DNA from: Podarcis filfolensis
Lineage: Eukaryota
Direction: 5' to 3' (one strand)
Assembly (NCBI GenBank): GCA_964270895.1
Contig: OZ185437.1
DNA: 64,000 bases
This document shows, in pieces, positions 62,282 through 64,000 of this stretch. Positions within the stretch are counted from its first letter, which is position 1; the number at the start of each line of letters is the position of its first letter. The notes beneath the pieces were generated by a model that saw nothing but the letters and a program-made list of their open reading frames with translations, did no database searches and had not been told where the DNA came from. The position numbers were made by a program, and so were the translations under genes.

Positions 62282-62622
62282 CATACCCTGCAACATTTCT
62301 CTGATAAAAATAGGGATGTCCCATTCCATAATGATAATTTTACTATTTTTACCCCCCACATCTTATTGGGTTGTCCCAGCGCTCTAGCCAGCTTCCAACA
62401 TATATAAAAACATAATAAAACATTAAACATTTTTTAAAAAAACCCTTCACTATACAGGATTGCCTTCCGACAGCTCAAGGGTTGGGTAACTCCATACCCT
62501 CCAACATTTCTCCAATGAAAATAGGGACGCCCTAAGGAAAAGTGGGACATTCTAGGATCAAATTGGAACCGCTTATCTAAATCAGGCATGTCCCTGGAAA
62601 ACAGGGACACTTGGAGGGTCTG
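62282..62622. mobile_element. Composite: MITE left end, antisense L2 tail, complete CATACCCTCCAA MITE
   Basis: A ~42-bp direct repeat (62281-62322 and 62492-62533) flanks an antisense L2 3' end. Confidence 0.7.
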
Positions 62623-62797
62623 GCTCTTCACATACAGAACATCAAATAATTCTGGACCAGGGTACCTGAAAAGTTTCCTTACCCTCCACTGCCCAGTAAT
62701 AGCACTATGATCAGCTTGTAAGAACCCCCCTTAGTTTTCCTAAAGCTTAATGATTATTGGTTTGTGGCACCTAATTCCTGAATTCACTTCTTCTCTT

Positions 62798-63151
62798 GGT
62801 AAAGGTAAAGGGACCCCTGACCATTAGGTCCAGTCGTGACCAACTCTGGGGTTGCGGTGCTCATCTTGCTTTATTGGCCGAGGGAGCCGGTGTACAGCTT
62901 CCGGATCATGTGGCCAGCATGACTAAGCCGCTTCTGACGAACCAGAGCAGTGCACGTAAACGCCGTTTACCTTCCCGCCGGAGTGGTACCTATTTATCTA
63001 CTTGCACTTTGACGTGCTTTCGACCTGCTAGGTTGGCAGGAGAAGGGACCAAGCAATGGGAGCTCACCCTGTCACAGGGATTCAAACCGCTGACCTTCTG
63101 ATCGGCAAGTGCTAGGCTCTGTGGTTTAACCCACAGTGCCACCCGCGTCCC
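62798..63151 (-). mobile_element. Sauria SINE (Squam1)
   Basis: Antisense full-length copy with an (ACCTTT)n tail. CTTCTCT duplicated in the flanks. Confidence 0.95.
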
Positions 63152-64000
63152 TTCTCTAGAGGCAACAGTAATTTCCTCTCTCTATTTCTCCCTCCATCAT
63201 GGCTCCCAATCCAGAGATTCCACACCATCCCCTAATGCTATCTTCCATTTTACTCCGTCACAAGACCTCTGAGTTGCTTGCTGCGAGCTTCCCTAATTTG
63301 CTACCAGGTAATCTTCCATGGTATCACCACCTTTCTTTAAGAGGTTATGATCCTCTGTCTTCCTTTTGAGTTCTCACCAATAACTTTAATCATTTGTTGC
63401 TTCCCTAGTTTAATGTTCTGAGCCCTTCAGATTATTCTTCTGTTTCCTGCTTAGTATGGGAATAGCCAACTGCTGCCTGCTTCATAGGCATCTGACACTC
63501 TTGCGGTGTTTCTTTTTGAAGTCAGGTCAACAAGCAGGTCAGTCTATTACTATCTGGAATCAAGTCTCCTTTACTGGATCGATCATTGCCCAGGCGGCCA
63601 CATTTGTAGTCATTCTTTGCCTCTGCTCCTCTAAATTTACCTTGCATTTTTGCCAAATGGTTTAAGTTGAATTACTTAATTGAAACCCTTATGTAAAATA
63701 CCACTAGACTTTAAAAAACAAAAACAAAAACAAATGGGGTTTGCTGAATTTGAATCCTTGCAAACCTTTCCCTGTGGTGACAGAAGCACATTTAGAATAA
63801 TTAGGTGGTTGGTTATATATTTATATATCACTCATATGCCAAAATGGTTTCTAAATTGCAGATTACAGCTATAAAATCGATGCATAGTTAAAATACACAA
63901 TAACAAATCCATTAGGGCATTAAAAACACCCTTGATTTTTTTAAAAAAACACACACACAATAAAACAAACAATTAAAATTTTAAAATTAAAACAGTTTAT

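Noticed and set aside
1-64000. CRISPR arrays, operons or other prokaryotic systems
   Set aside because: The DNA is vertebrate. There are no regularly spaced repeat-spacer arrays and no gene-dense regions.

Overview
Repeat-rich non-coding (intergenic or deep-intronic) window from a squamate reptile, most likely a lacertid lizard, judged from the Sauria SINE, L2, BovB and MITE families present. I could not support any host protein-coding exon, tRNA, rRNA or miRNA gene. The ORFs in the track that I could assign are retroelement fragments (L2, L1, RTE-BovB) or microsatellite read-through; the rest are unrecognised and look like chance frames. The window holds 5'-truncated LINEs, five Sauria SINEs, several tRNA-derived SINEs, many hAT-like (8-bp TSD) and Tc1/Tigger-like (TA TSD) MITEs, two probable solo LTRs and many microsatellites, separated by TE-free segments that may be regulatory. 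The most notable structure is a ~240-bp Penelope-like insertion at 29.6-29.84 kb. It is a long inverted repeat carrying an intact-looking minimal type I hammerhead ribozyme on the minus strand and a damaged copy on the plus strand. Other points of interest: L2 5' truncation points clustering next to a CCAGTA motif, a recurring MITE-L2-tail chimera, SINEs with three different tRNA heads on one CR1-type tail, and multiply nested insertions. Family names come from my recall of consensus sequences, not from a database search.
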